Source of the DNA: an uncultured delta proteobacterium
GTDB lineage: Bacteria > Desulfobacterota > Desulfuromonadia > Geobacterales > DSM-12255
Direction: 5' to 3'
NCBI GenBank assembly: GCA_963787125.1
Contig: CAWBBV010000005.1
Location: forward strand, 32,001-96,000
Length of the DNA stretch: 64,000 nucleotides
Position numbers and translations under genes: made by a program. Below the pieces are notes generated by a model. It had not been told where the DNA came from. It searched no databases and saw only the letters and a program-made list of their open reading frames with translations. Below are positions 52,252 through 61,900 of the stretch, one piece after another; the stretch's first letter is position 1, and every line of letters begins with the position of its first letter.

Positions 52252-52562
52252 AGGAATACTCCTTCGGTTCTGATGTTGGCAGCAAGCAGGGATTGGCTCT
52301 CAATGCCTTCCCATTCTGACTTTGAATAAGACACCGGCACAACCACAATGCCGCTCCCGAAACCGGACTCCCAAGCGCAATCGCTGATGTAATCCGCTGT
52401 AGGCGTATCCAGATGATCTACTACCACCAAAACATCCATATCAGAATAACGTCCGGCATCTCCTCTTGCCCGTGAACCGAAAAGAGCAAAAGTATTCAGA
52501 TGCACCCTCTGTTCCAGCATGTTCTTGAATGTTTCAAGTATCTGCTTCTCTTTAGGTTTCAT
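52248..52562 (-). CDS. Minimal nucleotidyltransferase (MNT antitoxin-like)
   Basis: LFGSRARGD...SDMDVLV; overlaps HEPN start. Confidence 0.9.
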   Translation of the reverse strand: MKPKEKQILETFKNMLEQRVHLNTFALFGSRARGDAGRYSDMDVLVVVDHLDTPTADYISDCAWESGFGSGIVVVPVSYSKSEWEGIESQSLLAANIRTEGVFL

Positions 52563-52904
52563 GGGGTTACTATACCATAAGCGCTTATATCTACAAGTAG
52601 CATATAGTGGATGCAGTTAGCAGCAGAACAATCCGATTCCCGTTTACTTAAAGTTTAACCCGTTGATTTTTTGAGAAGCCATTTTAAAGTAGTAGCTGAA
52701 TTTGCTGGTGTGCCTTTCCTTCTGTTGCCCAAAGCTTCGATTTTAGGAGTGTATGTGGGGTCTTGAAAGACGGCAGGATGATCGTTAAAGAAAGGACTTT
52801 AAGTTGCAGTCTTTCAGGCCTGTCCCCACTTCCCCATGTTTTCTCGCTCCAAAAGATCTGGAACATGCCAGTATCGATGACAGCTCGATAATTCAAAAGT
52901 GAAA

Positions 52905-53411
52905 TCATGGTGAACTGATTTTTTGGAGATATAGAGAAATGTTGCCTTGAACGGCACTGCTTAATGATTTGTTTACACGAGTTTCACCAACGAAATCAGA
53001 AGCATGACCAGTACTTTCAATAACATGTTTATCTATTTGCTCTCTCGTCTTACGGTCTGAAATAATATACTCGGAAACAGCGCTTACGTCATATGCCATT
53101 ACGCCTGGGTCAAGCGTGAGAATTAAGACGTCAAGATTGAATTTTTGAGAAGAGTCTTCTTGAAATATTTTGGAATTGTCTAACGCCTTTTCCAGTGCGC
53201 TTTTCCAGTTTGTTAAAATTGCGGCCTGCATTTCTGCAGACCATGGTATTTCGTTACCTGCAAACCTGACTGATACCAGCTTGAGTTCTCCATTCAGTAT
53301 TTTTGTAGCTGGCTGTATATTATTCACATCGAATGATACAGGCACAGTGGTGCAGCCGTAAATTGAAATACTAAATAAGAGCACTGTTAATAATTTCGTT
53401 ATGTTGTACAT
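52905..53411 (-). CDS. Hypothetical lipoprotein
   Basis: Lipobox IYGC; AT-rich. Confidence 0.75.
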   Translation of the reverse strand: MYNITKLLTVLLFSISIYGCTTVPVSFDVNNIQPATKILNGELKLVSVRFAGNEIPWSAEMQAAILTNWKSALEKALDNSKIFQEDSSQKFNLDVLILTLDPGVMAYDVSAVSEYIISDRKTREQIDKHVIESTGHASDFVGETRVNKSLSSAVQGNISLYLQKISSP

Positions 53412-53468
53412 AAATTAGTCCCTTTCGCGCGTGAAATACAAATCGGTGGAGCTATCTAATTCAGGTTT

Positions 53469-53864
53469 CTAGACCTTATTTCTTGGATCGTTCTCTAATT
53501 TGCACGTGCCCGATTCCCACATTCCGACTTGTTTTTCTATGCCTCCGCTGGGCGTCCAATATATGGGGCCGGTGTATTTATAGTTTGGCCCAATATACCT
53601 ATATTTGCCCCTCTCAATGCGAACAAATAACGGAAAAACAAACGAATATGACGCTTTGTTTATAAGGTTGTAGCAATAATCTGAGATATGAACGCTTCCT
53701 GGCGCGTAATTTCCCTTAATTTCAAGTTCACCTTCAATGATTGATCGTGGTATGGACTCGTCACCATACTTTTTCTGAATATGCCGACCTACTTCGTCTA
53801 ACGTTTCAGCAATTCTTGTCCACTTACTCGACTTACTTGCCGCAACGAACAGCTTTTTCATCAT
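53469..53864 (-). CDS. Hypothetical protein (cassette-like)
   Basis: AGGAG RBS directly after GTTGAAC; SDYCYNLIN...YRYIGPNYKYTG...VGMW motif. Confidence 0.7.
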   Translation of the reverse strand: MMKKLFVAASKSSKWTRIAETLDEVGRHIQKKYGDESIPRSIIEGELEIKGNYAPGSVHISDYCYNLINKASYSFVFPLFVRIERGKYRYIGPNYKYTGPIYWTPSGGIEKQVGMWESGTCKLENDPRNKV

Positions 53865-53873
53865 TTTCTCCTG

Positions 53874-53925
53874 GTTCAACATCGTTGTTGACCGGTTCAC
53901 GCGCACGCACGCGTGAACCGGTGAT
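53874..53925 (-). mobile_element. Truncated attC-like hairpin
   Basis: Perfect ACCGGTTCACGCG/CGCGTGAACCGGT stem, R' GTTGAAC on minus strand; no R''. Confidence 0.5.
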
Positions 53926-54090
53926 CTGCCTAAATGGAACATTTAGCCTGTGCCAATGAACGTTCAGTGACTATCTTCCGATCGCTTCCAGCAACTCTTG
54001 TAACATACCCATAAAGATTAAAATATCCAAAATTCCGCCATGGCAGAATTCAACAGAAACTCAGTATAATCATTCAACCTGGAAAAAGAA

Positions 54091-54226
54091 TTCGACCACG
54101 GGTCCACACGGATAAACACTTATAAATCAAGAATATACAAGCAAAAAGCCTTAACCCTGCTGGTGAAAGCCATGCCTTAGGGTTCTTGGGTTTTATCCGC
54201 AGTTATCGGACTTTATCTGTGGCCAA
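54091..54226. repeat. Nonamer-periodic palindromic element
   Basis: Left arm ACCACGGGTCCACACGGATAAACACTTATAAA, right arm TTTATCCGCAGTTATCGGACTTTATCTGTGGCC; right arm recurs at 5641. Confidence 0.7.
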
Positions 54227-54365
54227 ACGCCTTTTTTGATACAAGCTTTCTAACCGATTTCACCGGCAGAACAGCGCCAGCTCGCACATTTTTCAGTTTG
54301 ACGGATTCATTGTCAGGCAGCATTATGATTTCAGCAGTTGCTATCATAATGTCATAGGTGAGCAG

Positions 54366-54509
54366 ATGATTGAATTTGAACAGAAGAAAAAAAGCACTGA
54401 TAACACAGATCTTGACCATCTGGCCGGAACCTGGAGCGAACAGGACGCCGCCGAATTTGCAGGGACTATGGCTGAGTTCGGCAGGGTTGATGAGGAGATG
54501 TGGAAATAA
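54366..54509 (+). pseudogene. Antitoxin C-terminal fragment (47 aa)
   Basis: MIEFEQKKKSTDNTDLDHLAGTWSEQDAAEFAGTMAEFGRVDEEMWK; resembles VapB-type antitoxin tails; no DNA-binding N-terminus, no toxin downstream. Confidence 0.55.
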
Positions 54510-54538
54510 ACCGAATGTAGGGCTTAAGGCCAGTAACC

Positions 54539-54787
54539 TTAATGGGTCTGATCGATAGGAAGCATTTCAGCAAGGAGGGTTTCAGGTGCGATATCCTGTT
54601 CGTTTGGCCACGTTACAGCGCCAAATAGTATTCCGACACGATTGAAGTAGTGTATGTCTTTCAGTTCACGAAAAACGCCCTTATCCAGATAAGGTTTGAG
54701 ATCAAATATACCTTTGCGGCCATCCTCAACTTCAATATAGATACGATAGTCAGTCATTGGTTTAACAGTTTTCACATCCCAGTACAT
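54539..54787 (-). CDS. DUF2442 domain protein (antitoxin-like)
   Basis: VKPMTDYRIYIEVEDG...VTWPNEQDIAPETL. Confidence 0.85.
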   Translation of the reverse strand: MYWDVKTVKPMTDYRIYIEVEDGRKGIFDLKPYLDKGVFRELKDIHYFNRVGILFGAVTWPNEQDIAPETLLAEMLPIDQTH

Positions 54788-54794
54788 GGCAACC

Positions 54795-55061
54795 TCACAG
54801 TGGGGTAATTTTGTAGGGATTCTCTCCGGCCACAGCCAGTTCCCAATCGGCATGTAGCTCATCCCGGTGAAGTTCAATCCACGCCTGCACCAATCGCAAC
54901 TGCTTACGGGGCAATTCTCCCGCCAAAACTTCACCATCTTCAATGCGAATAGACGCTTCAAATTCAGCATACTTAGCGTGAAAGTGAGGCAGATTGTGGT
55001 GCTGGTTGTCAATAAGATACATGCGGATAATAATCCCGTAAAACATAGAAATTATTGGCAT
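54795..55061 (-). CDS. DUF4160 domain protein (toxin-like)
   Basis: MPIISMFYGIIIRMY...HNLPHFHAKY. Confidence 0.9.
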   Translation of the reverse strand: MPIISMFYGIIIRMYLIDNQHHNLPHFHAKYAEFEASIRIEDGEVLAGELPRKQLRLVQAWIELHRDELHADWELAVAGENPYKITPL

Positions 55062-55194
55062 AAGCTACACCCCTTTGTCTTTGATTAGTAAGTCTATACA
55101 TTCTTGCAAGTGTAGTCAATTGGGACCTGTCATAATTCTATCTTTCAATTTTTCTAAAGAAACACACCGACTGCATGTCAACTCGCTAACATTA

Positions 55195-55830
55195 CTACCA
55201 GCAAATCGGCTTTTGCCCCAAAGCGGCAAGTTTATCATTCACTTGTGAAAAGTGGCCGCAGCCGATGAAGCCCCGGTAGGCAGACAGCCCGGAGGGGTGC
55301 GAGGTAGTGAGTATAGAATGGCGGTCGGTATCGATAAGGGGGATTTTCTTCTGCGCATCGTTGCCCCAAAGGAGAAAAACCAACTGCTCCCGACGGCGAC
55401 TCAAAGCACGAATAATGGTGTCTGTAACCTCTTCCCACCCCCAGCCGCGATGACTGCCTGCCTTGTCCGCCCCGACAGTGAGAACGGTATTTAACAACAG
55501 CACCCCTTGCTGCGCCCAGGCAGAGAGATCATTTGATCTGGCGCCGGCTGGACCAAGATCCCTGTCGAGCTCCTTGTGAATATTGCGCAGCGATGGCGGC
55601 GTCTTGATCCCTGGGGGAACCGAGAAGGCAAGGCCATGGGCCTGCCCTGCCCCATGGTACGGATCCTGCCCCAGGAGCACCACCCGCACTTGATCAAAAG
55701 GGGTGAGTTGCAAAGCAGAATAGACATTTTCCGCCACCGGATAGACAATGCTTTCCCTGCGCGCCGCCGCAACCTTTGCCAGTACCGGATGGGTTGCAAG
55801 CTCGGGGATTCCCTTAAACCAGCTCTTCAT
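55195..55830 (-). CDS. ung: Uracil-DNA glycosylase (family 1)
   Basis: GQDPYH, PPSLRNI, GVLLLN, HPSGLS; start uncertain. Confidence 0.93.
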   Translation of the reverse strand: MKSWFKGIPELATHPVLAKVAAARRESIVYPVAENVYSALQLTPFDQVRVVLLGQDPYHGAGQAHGLAFSVPPGIKTPPSLRNIHKELDRDLGPAGARSNDLSAWAQQGVLLLNTVLTVGADKAGSHRGWGWEEVTDTIIRALSRRREQLVFLLWGNDAQKKIPLIDTDRHSILTTSHPSGLSAYRGFIGCGHFSQVNDKLAALGQKPICW

Positions 55831-55897
55831 ATATTCTCCTGCCCGGCTCTGCACCGGGAGTTTGAAAAATAAACGGACGTCCCCGTTTCATTCGAAA

Positions 55898-57703
55898 TCA
55901 GTGGCCAGCATACAGCCGCTCAATTTCGGCGCCGTACTGCCCAAGAAGCTCTTTGCGGCGGAGTTTGAGGGTTGCGGTCAGCAGGCCGTCCTGTATTTTC
56001 CAGGGGTTCCGACTGGCGTGGAGCCGCAGAATGCGGGCGTAGCCAGGAAAGCTGGCCAGTCGCGGGGCGATCCGCTTCAACAGCACCTCTTCAACGCGGC
56101 TGCTCTCCAGCACCTCATCACTCTCCCCGTCAACCGCCAGTGTCGCGGCCAGCTTGAGCCATTCGGCTTCATTAAGCACCAGCAGGGCGATCAGATAGGG
56201 TCTGCCTTCGCCCACCACCATGATCTGTTCAAAAAGGCGGTCTGCAGCCAGAGCCATTTCCAACTCACCCGGTGCGACCTTCTCTCCGGTGGACAGGACA
56301 ATAATCTCTTTAAGACGGCCGCTGATGATGATATGGCCGCTGGAGGTGATGCGGGCCTGATCGCCAGTATGAAGCCACCCCTCCTGATCGATGATCGCAG
56401 CGCTGGCCACCTCGTTGTGCCAATAACCGGCCATGATGTTACTCCCCCGTGCCAGCAGTTCACTGTCGGCGCCGAGCCTTACCTCGACTCCGGGGAGCGG
56501 CAGTCCGACGGTTTCGGGTCGATTGTCGTCCTCCGAATTAACGGCAATCACCGGGCTGCTTTCGGTCAGTCCATACCCCTGGAGCAGGTTGAGTCCCAAG
56601 GCGAGAAAGAAACGGGCAATCTCCGGGCTCAAGGGGGCGCCGCCGCTGATGGTCAGGCGCAACCGGCCACCCAGCGCTTCCAGGATCCGCTTTGCCACCA
56701 TCCTGTTCAGCAGCGGCCAGAGAAGCAGGAATGGAGACCAGCCCCCTCGCCCCTGCCTGTAGAGGAACCGGCGCCAACCGGTAGCAACCGTCAGGGCGAA
56801 AAGTTTTTGTTTCCAGACGGGACCTGCTGCCAGGGTAGCGCTGATTTTACGGTGGACACGCTCGAAAATACGCGGCACGGAAACGATGATTGTCGGCTTG
56901 ATGGTGGTCAGGTCTTCCGGGAGTTGGTCGAGGGAGCGGACATGGGCGACACAGGCGCCGGTCATAATGGGTATGTAATAACCGGCAGTCCGCTCCAGAG
57001 TATGGGACAGGGGGAGAAATGAGAGAAACAGGTCGTCCGGATAGATTGGCACCCGGCTGACTCCGGCATAGGCATTGGTGAGAATATTGGCGTGAGAGAG
57101 CATGACCCCTTTGGGCCTGCCGGTAGTGCCGGAGGTGTAGACAATCGTTGCCAGCGAGTCCGCAGACCAGTTCCCCGGCGTGTAGTCGGCGCTGCTCTCC
57201 CTCAGCCATTCTGCCAGTAACGCCAGGCGGAGATCACAATCATGTTTGCAGGCAAGGGTCAGCGATACTATCCGCTGCAGAGAGTCAAGCCGGCCGCTGA
57301 CATCGCGAATCCGCTCCCACTGTTCAACCCCTTCGATCAGCAGCAACCGGGCGCCGCTCTCCTTTATAATCAGGGCAAAATTTTCCGGCCGGTCGTTGAC
57401 GAACAGCGGCACAGTTACCAACCCGAGCCCCAGGGCCGCCAGATCAAAGAGAACCCATTCCAGACTGTTCTTGAGCATAACCGCCACCCGCTCGCCCGGC
57501 TGCAGCCCTTCCCGGCGGAGCGCCTCCTGCCAGCGACCGGCCAGTGCAGCAGTTTCAGCCCAGGTAACGCATTCGCAGCAGCGCCCCTGGCGATCGAAGC
57601 GCCGGTAGGCGCATTCATCGGGAGAGCGCCTGACCCGTTCACTGAAAAGCCCACCAAGAGTCAGCGCGGTTTCAGCTGAAATAATATCGCTCTGTCTGTT
57701 CAT
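55898..57703 (-). CDS. Long-chain fatty acid--CoA ligase
   Basis: YTSGTTGRPKG, GYGLTE, LHTGD, TLKLRR. Confidence 0.93.
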   Translation of the reverse strand: MNRQSDIISAETALTLGGLFSERVRRSPDECAYRRFDRQGRCCECVTWAETAALAGRWQEALRREGLQPGERVAVMLKNSLEWVLFDLAALGLGLVTVPLFVNDRPENFALIIKESGARLLLIEGVEQWERIRDVSGRLDSLQRIVSLTLACKHDCDLRLALLAEWLRESSADYTPGNWSADSLATIVYTSGTTGRPKGVMLSHANILTNAYAGVSRVPIYPDDLFLSFLPLSHTLERTAGYYIPIMTGACVAHVRSLDQLPEDLTTIKPTIIVSVPRIFERVHRKISATLAAGPVWKQKLFALTVATGWRRFLYRQGRGGWSPFLLLWPLLNRMVAKRILEALGGRLRLTISGGAPLSPEIARFFLALGLNLLQGYGLTESSPVIAVNSEDDNRPETVGLPLPGVEVRLGADSELLARGSNIMAGYWHNEVASAAIIDQEGWLHTGDQARITSSGHIIISGRLKEIIVLSTGEKVAPGELEMALAADRLFEQIMVVGEGRPYLIALLVLNEAEWLKLAATLAVDGESDEVLESSRVEEVLLKRIAPRLASFPGYARILRLHASRNPWKIQDGLLTATLKLRRKELLGQYGAEIERLYAGH

Positions 57704-57899
57704 GATCTCCCCCCTTTATAGGTTCGGCTGCCTTTGCCGGGCCGGTTGACGGCTGCCTGCTCTTCCCCTGCATGGTTCCATGGTAGCACATTTCAGCGAG
57801 CTATGGTGGCAACTCTGGTGGCTTGAAATGATGGAGTAAAGGCAGTTTCACCTGTTGGATTCAGAATAAACCTTTGCGTTCTCCAAACTCCCGACATTT

Positions 57900-57939
57900 A
57901 AACAGATAAAGGCGGCCAATCGGCCGCCTTTATCTGTTT
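57900..57939 (-). terminator. 18-bp-stem hairpin downstream of accA
   Basis: AAACAGATAAAGGCGGCC-AATC-GGCCGCCTTTATCTGTTT; near-copy of 49858-49901. Confidence 0.85.
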
Positions 57940-57961
57940 CTGTTCTATTCAAATAAATCTG

Positions 57962-58915
57962 CTACTCAATACAGCGGGTCATCTTCCGGAACTTCTGATA
58001 GCGCTGCTCAACAAGCTCCTCTCCCGAAAGATCCTTCAACTCAGCCAGGTTACGACTCAAGGCTTCATGCAGGGTCGCCGCCATGGCTTCATGATCCCGG
58101 TGAGCGCCGCCGACAGGCTCTTTGACGATCTCGTCGATGACTTCAAGGTCGAGGATATCCTTGGCAGTCAGCTTGAGTGCTTCGGCGGCCTGCTCCCCCT
58201 TGGTGCCGTCTGACCAGAGAATAGCGGCGCAACCTTCCGGTGAGATAACCGCATAAACCGAATATTCAAGCATGAGGATCCGGTCGCCGACAGCGATTGC
58301 CAGAGCGCCGCCCGAGCCGCCTTCACCGGTGATAACGACAATAATCGGCACTGTCAGGCTGGCCATTTCCCGCAGGTTTCTGGCGATAGCTTCGGCCTGG
58401 CCGCGCTCTTCAGCCCCTATACCGGGAAAAGCACCGGGAGTATCAACAAAAGTTATGATCGGCAGTTTGAACCGCTCGGCCATCTCCATGAGGCGGAGAG
58501 CTTTTCTGTACCCTTCAGGGTTCGGCATGCCGAAGTTGCGGAAGACCTTCTCCTTGGTATCCCGGCCTTTCTGATGACCGATTACCATGACCGGCTCGTT
58601 GTCAAGCCTTGCCAGTCCGGCGACGATGGCATGATCATCCCCGAAGTTCCTGTCGCCGTGAAGTTCGGTGAACTCGGTAAAAATCAGGTTCAGGTAGTCG
58701 AGCGTGAAGGGACGGTTGATATGCCGGGCGATCTGGGCCGTCTGCCAGCGGGAGAGATTGTTGAAGATCTCGCTGCGCATCTTGTCCACCCTCTTCTCCA
58801 GCTTGGCAATTTCCGGTGAGAGATCCATCGACTCGGACAGGACGCCAAGCTCAGCTATCTTCTTCTCCAGCTCCATCAACGGTTTTTCAAACTCCATATA
58901 GACTTGAGCAGCCAT
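57962..58915 (-). CDS. accA: Acetyl-CoA carboxylase carboxyltransferase alpha
   Basis: [26 protein letters not shown]. Confidence 0.97.
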   Translation of the reverse strand: MAAQVYMEFEKPLMELEKKIAELGVLSESMDLSPEIAKLEKRVDKMRSEIFNNLSRWQTAQIARHINRPFTLDYLNLIFTEFTELHGDRNFGDDHAIVAGLARLDNEPVMVIGHQKGRDTKEKVFRNFGMPNPEGYRKALRLMEMAERFKLPIITFVDTPGAFPGIGAEERGQAEAIARNLREMASLTVPIIVVITGEGGSGGALAIAVGDRILMLEYSVYAVISPEGCAAILWSDGTKGEQAAEALKLTAKDILDLEVIDEIVKEPVGGAHRDHEAMAATLHEALSRNLAELKDLSGEELVEQRYQKFRKMTRCIE

Positions 58916-58954
58916 TTAATTATTCTCCTAAAATGTTTTTATTAAAAAACACTG

Positions 58955-61900
58955 TCACTCGAAAGTGACGGCATTATACCCTAATAAATCTTCGACTTCC
59001 ATAGATAATCCCTCTGTCGGCGCAACATGACACTCCTGAGGTAGCTTGACGACCGCAGTGCAAAGATCCGGCAGGACAATATGCAGCCGCGTCTGACAGT
59101 CGCCGTGATGCCGCTGCAGAATCCCCTTGAGGCTTTCCAGGCGCGCCGTGTCGAGATCGGCACTCAAGACTTTGAAACTGACCGCTTTTGTTTCCCGCTC
59201 GCTGACCGCACGCAGCGATTGGATAGAGGAGGCAAGTATCTTGTTCGACTTCTCGCCCCGCTCAAAAGTTCCGGCAACCAGAAGCGGTTCATCACTCTTC
59301 AAAAATTCCGCCACACTCTGAAAGATATTCGGCAGGACAACCAGCTCAATACTGCCGACCAGATCCTCCAGAGTTACAAAGCCCATCCGCTCACCTTTTT
59401 TGGTAATGAACTCCTTCAGGGCGACAACAACGCCGCACAGCCGCACCTCTGTCTTGTCGGAGATCTCGGCAAAACCGGCCGTATCATACGAAGAGAAGCG
59501 CTTCATCTCGGCCTGATAACGACCAAGCGGATGGCCGGTCAGATAGAACCCGAGGCACTCCTTCTCGAAACCGAGACGCATTTTCTCGTCCCACTCCCGC
59601 ACCTCGGGGAGATTGCCATGACCGTTACCGTTGTTTTTCACAATTTCAGCAGTACCAAAGAGCGATACCTGGGCACTGTTACGCTCATCCTGAATCCGCT
59701 GGCCGATATTGGCCGCATCCTCCAGCACCGTATACAGAGCTGATCTACGCGCGCCGGTAGCATCGAAGGCACCGCATTTGACCAGAGACTCCAGCACTCT
59801 TTTGTTTACTTTGCGCAGATCCACTCTTTCGCAGAAATTGAAAATATCGGTAAAAGGCTCGCCGTTTCTGGCCTCAAGCATTGCAAGAATCGCCGACTCG
59901 CCGACATTCTTGATCGCCCCGAAACCGAAACGGATCGATTTGCCGATAACCCTGAATGACAGCTCCGATTCGTTGATATCCGGCGGCAGCAGCTCAATTC
60001 CCATCTCCCGGCAGTCGTTGATGTTCTTGACAATCTTGTCAGTGTTACCCATATCCTCGGTGAGGAGCGCCGCCATGAACTCCACCGGATAATGAGCCTT
60101 TAAATAAGCGGTCTGGTAGGCAATCAGAGCGTAGGCAGCCGAGTGGGACTTGTTGAAGCCGTACTCGGCAAACATAGCCATCAGATCGAAGACGGCCTCG
60201 GCTTTTTTCAGATCGATCCCCTGCTCTTTGGCGCCGGCAAGAAACGGAATCTTCTCTTTGGCCATGACCGAGGCATCTTTTTTACCCATGGCCCGGCGCA
60301 GCAGATCGGCACCGCCAAGGGAGTAGCCTGCCAGGGTGCGGGAGATCTGCATGACCTGCTCCTGGTAGACAATGACGCCGTAAGTATCTTTTAGAATCGG
60401 CTCCAGTTCCGGCAGATCGTAAACAACCTTTTTACGACCATGCTTGCGCTCGATAAAATCCTTCACCATGCCGGAGTTCAAGGGGCCGGGACGGTAAAGA
60501 GCAACGGCGGCGATGACATCCTCGAAACAGGATGGTTTGAGGTCGCGAAGCATCTCGCGGATACCGCTGCTCTCAAGCTGGAAAACGCCGGTGGTGTTCC
60601 CCTCGGAAATCAGCTGATAGCTGAGGGCATCGTCATCGGCAAGCAGCGCGATATCGAAATCAGGATCCTTGCCGATCCGGATCAGCTTGACGGCATTATC
60701 AATAACCGTCAGGTTTTTGAGTCCGAGAAAGTCGAACTTGACCAGGCCGATCTTCTCCACATACTTCATGGAATACTGGGTGTTGATCAGGCCGGTCTTC
60801 TGGTCCTTGTAGACCGGACAGAACTCCTCCAGCATGTCCGGAGCGACAACCACCCCGGCGGCGTGGGTGGAGGCGTGGCGGGCAAGCCCTTCGAGACGCA
60901 AGGCTATTTCAATGAGTTCTTTCACCTTTGGGTCGGCAGCGGCCAGCTCTCTGAGCTTTGGCTCCTGCTCCAGAGCTTTTTGGAGGGTAATGCCGAGGAC
61001 TTCAGGAATCAGCTTGGCGATCCGGTCCACATCACCGTAACTCATGTCAACGGCACGGCCAACATCCCTGATAACGCCGCGGGCAGCCATGGTACCGAAG
61101 GTGATGATCTGGCAGACCTTGTCACGACCATACTTCTCGGTTACGTACTGAATGACCTGCTCCCGCCCTTGCGTACAGAAGTCCACGTCAATATCAGGCA
61201 TGGAGATACGTTCCGGATTGAGGAACCGCTCGAAGAGCAGATTATAGGGGATCGGATCGATATCAGTGATCCTGGTGGCGTAGGCGACCAGCGAACCGGC
61301 AGCAGAACCCCTTCCCGGGCCGACCGGTATATCCTGCCCCTTTGCCCAGTTGATGAAGTCGGCAACAATCAGGAAGTAGCCGGGAAACCCCATCTGCTTG
61401 ATACACTCCAGTTCCAGCTGCAGCCGCTTTCTGTAGAGCTCTTCATCGGCAGAACTGAAATCGGGTTTTTTCTTCCGGATGGCATCAAAGCGCGCCTCAA
61501 GCCCCTTAACCGCATCATCCTCAAGCATGCGATCAAGAGTCATATCCGGTTCATGATCGATCTTCGGGAAGTGATAGGTACTGAAATCGAATTTCACATC
61601 ACACCGCTCAGCTATGGCCAGGGTATTGGCAACCGCTTCGGGGGCGTAGGAGAAGGCCGCGGCCATCTCCTCGGGAGACTTGACGTAAAACTCCTCCGCA
61701 GAGAAATGCATCCGGTTGGGATCATTCATCGTCTTGCCGGTCTGGATGCAGAGCAGGACCTCATGGGCCTTGGCATCGTCCTTGTTCAGATAATGGCAGT
61801 CATTGGTGGCGACCAGCGGCAGATTGAGGTCGGCAGCAATCTGAATCAACCGCTTATTGACAAGATCCTGCTCAGGAAGGGTATTCTCCTGGATCTCGAT

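Noticed and set aside
52684..52908. 74-aa minus-strand ORF
   Set aside because: Runs through a palindromic GGGGACAG-type repeat; no recognisable protein features
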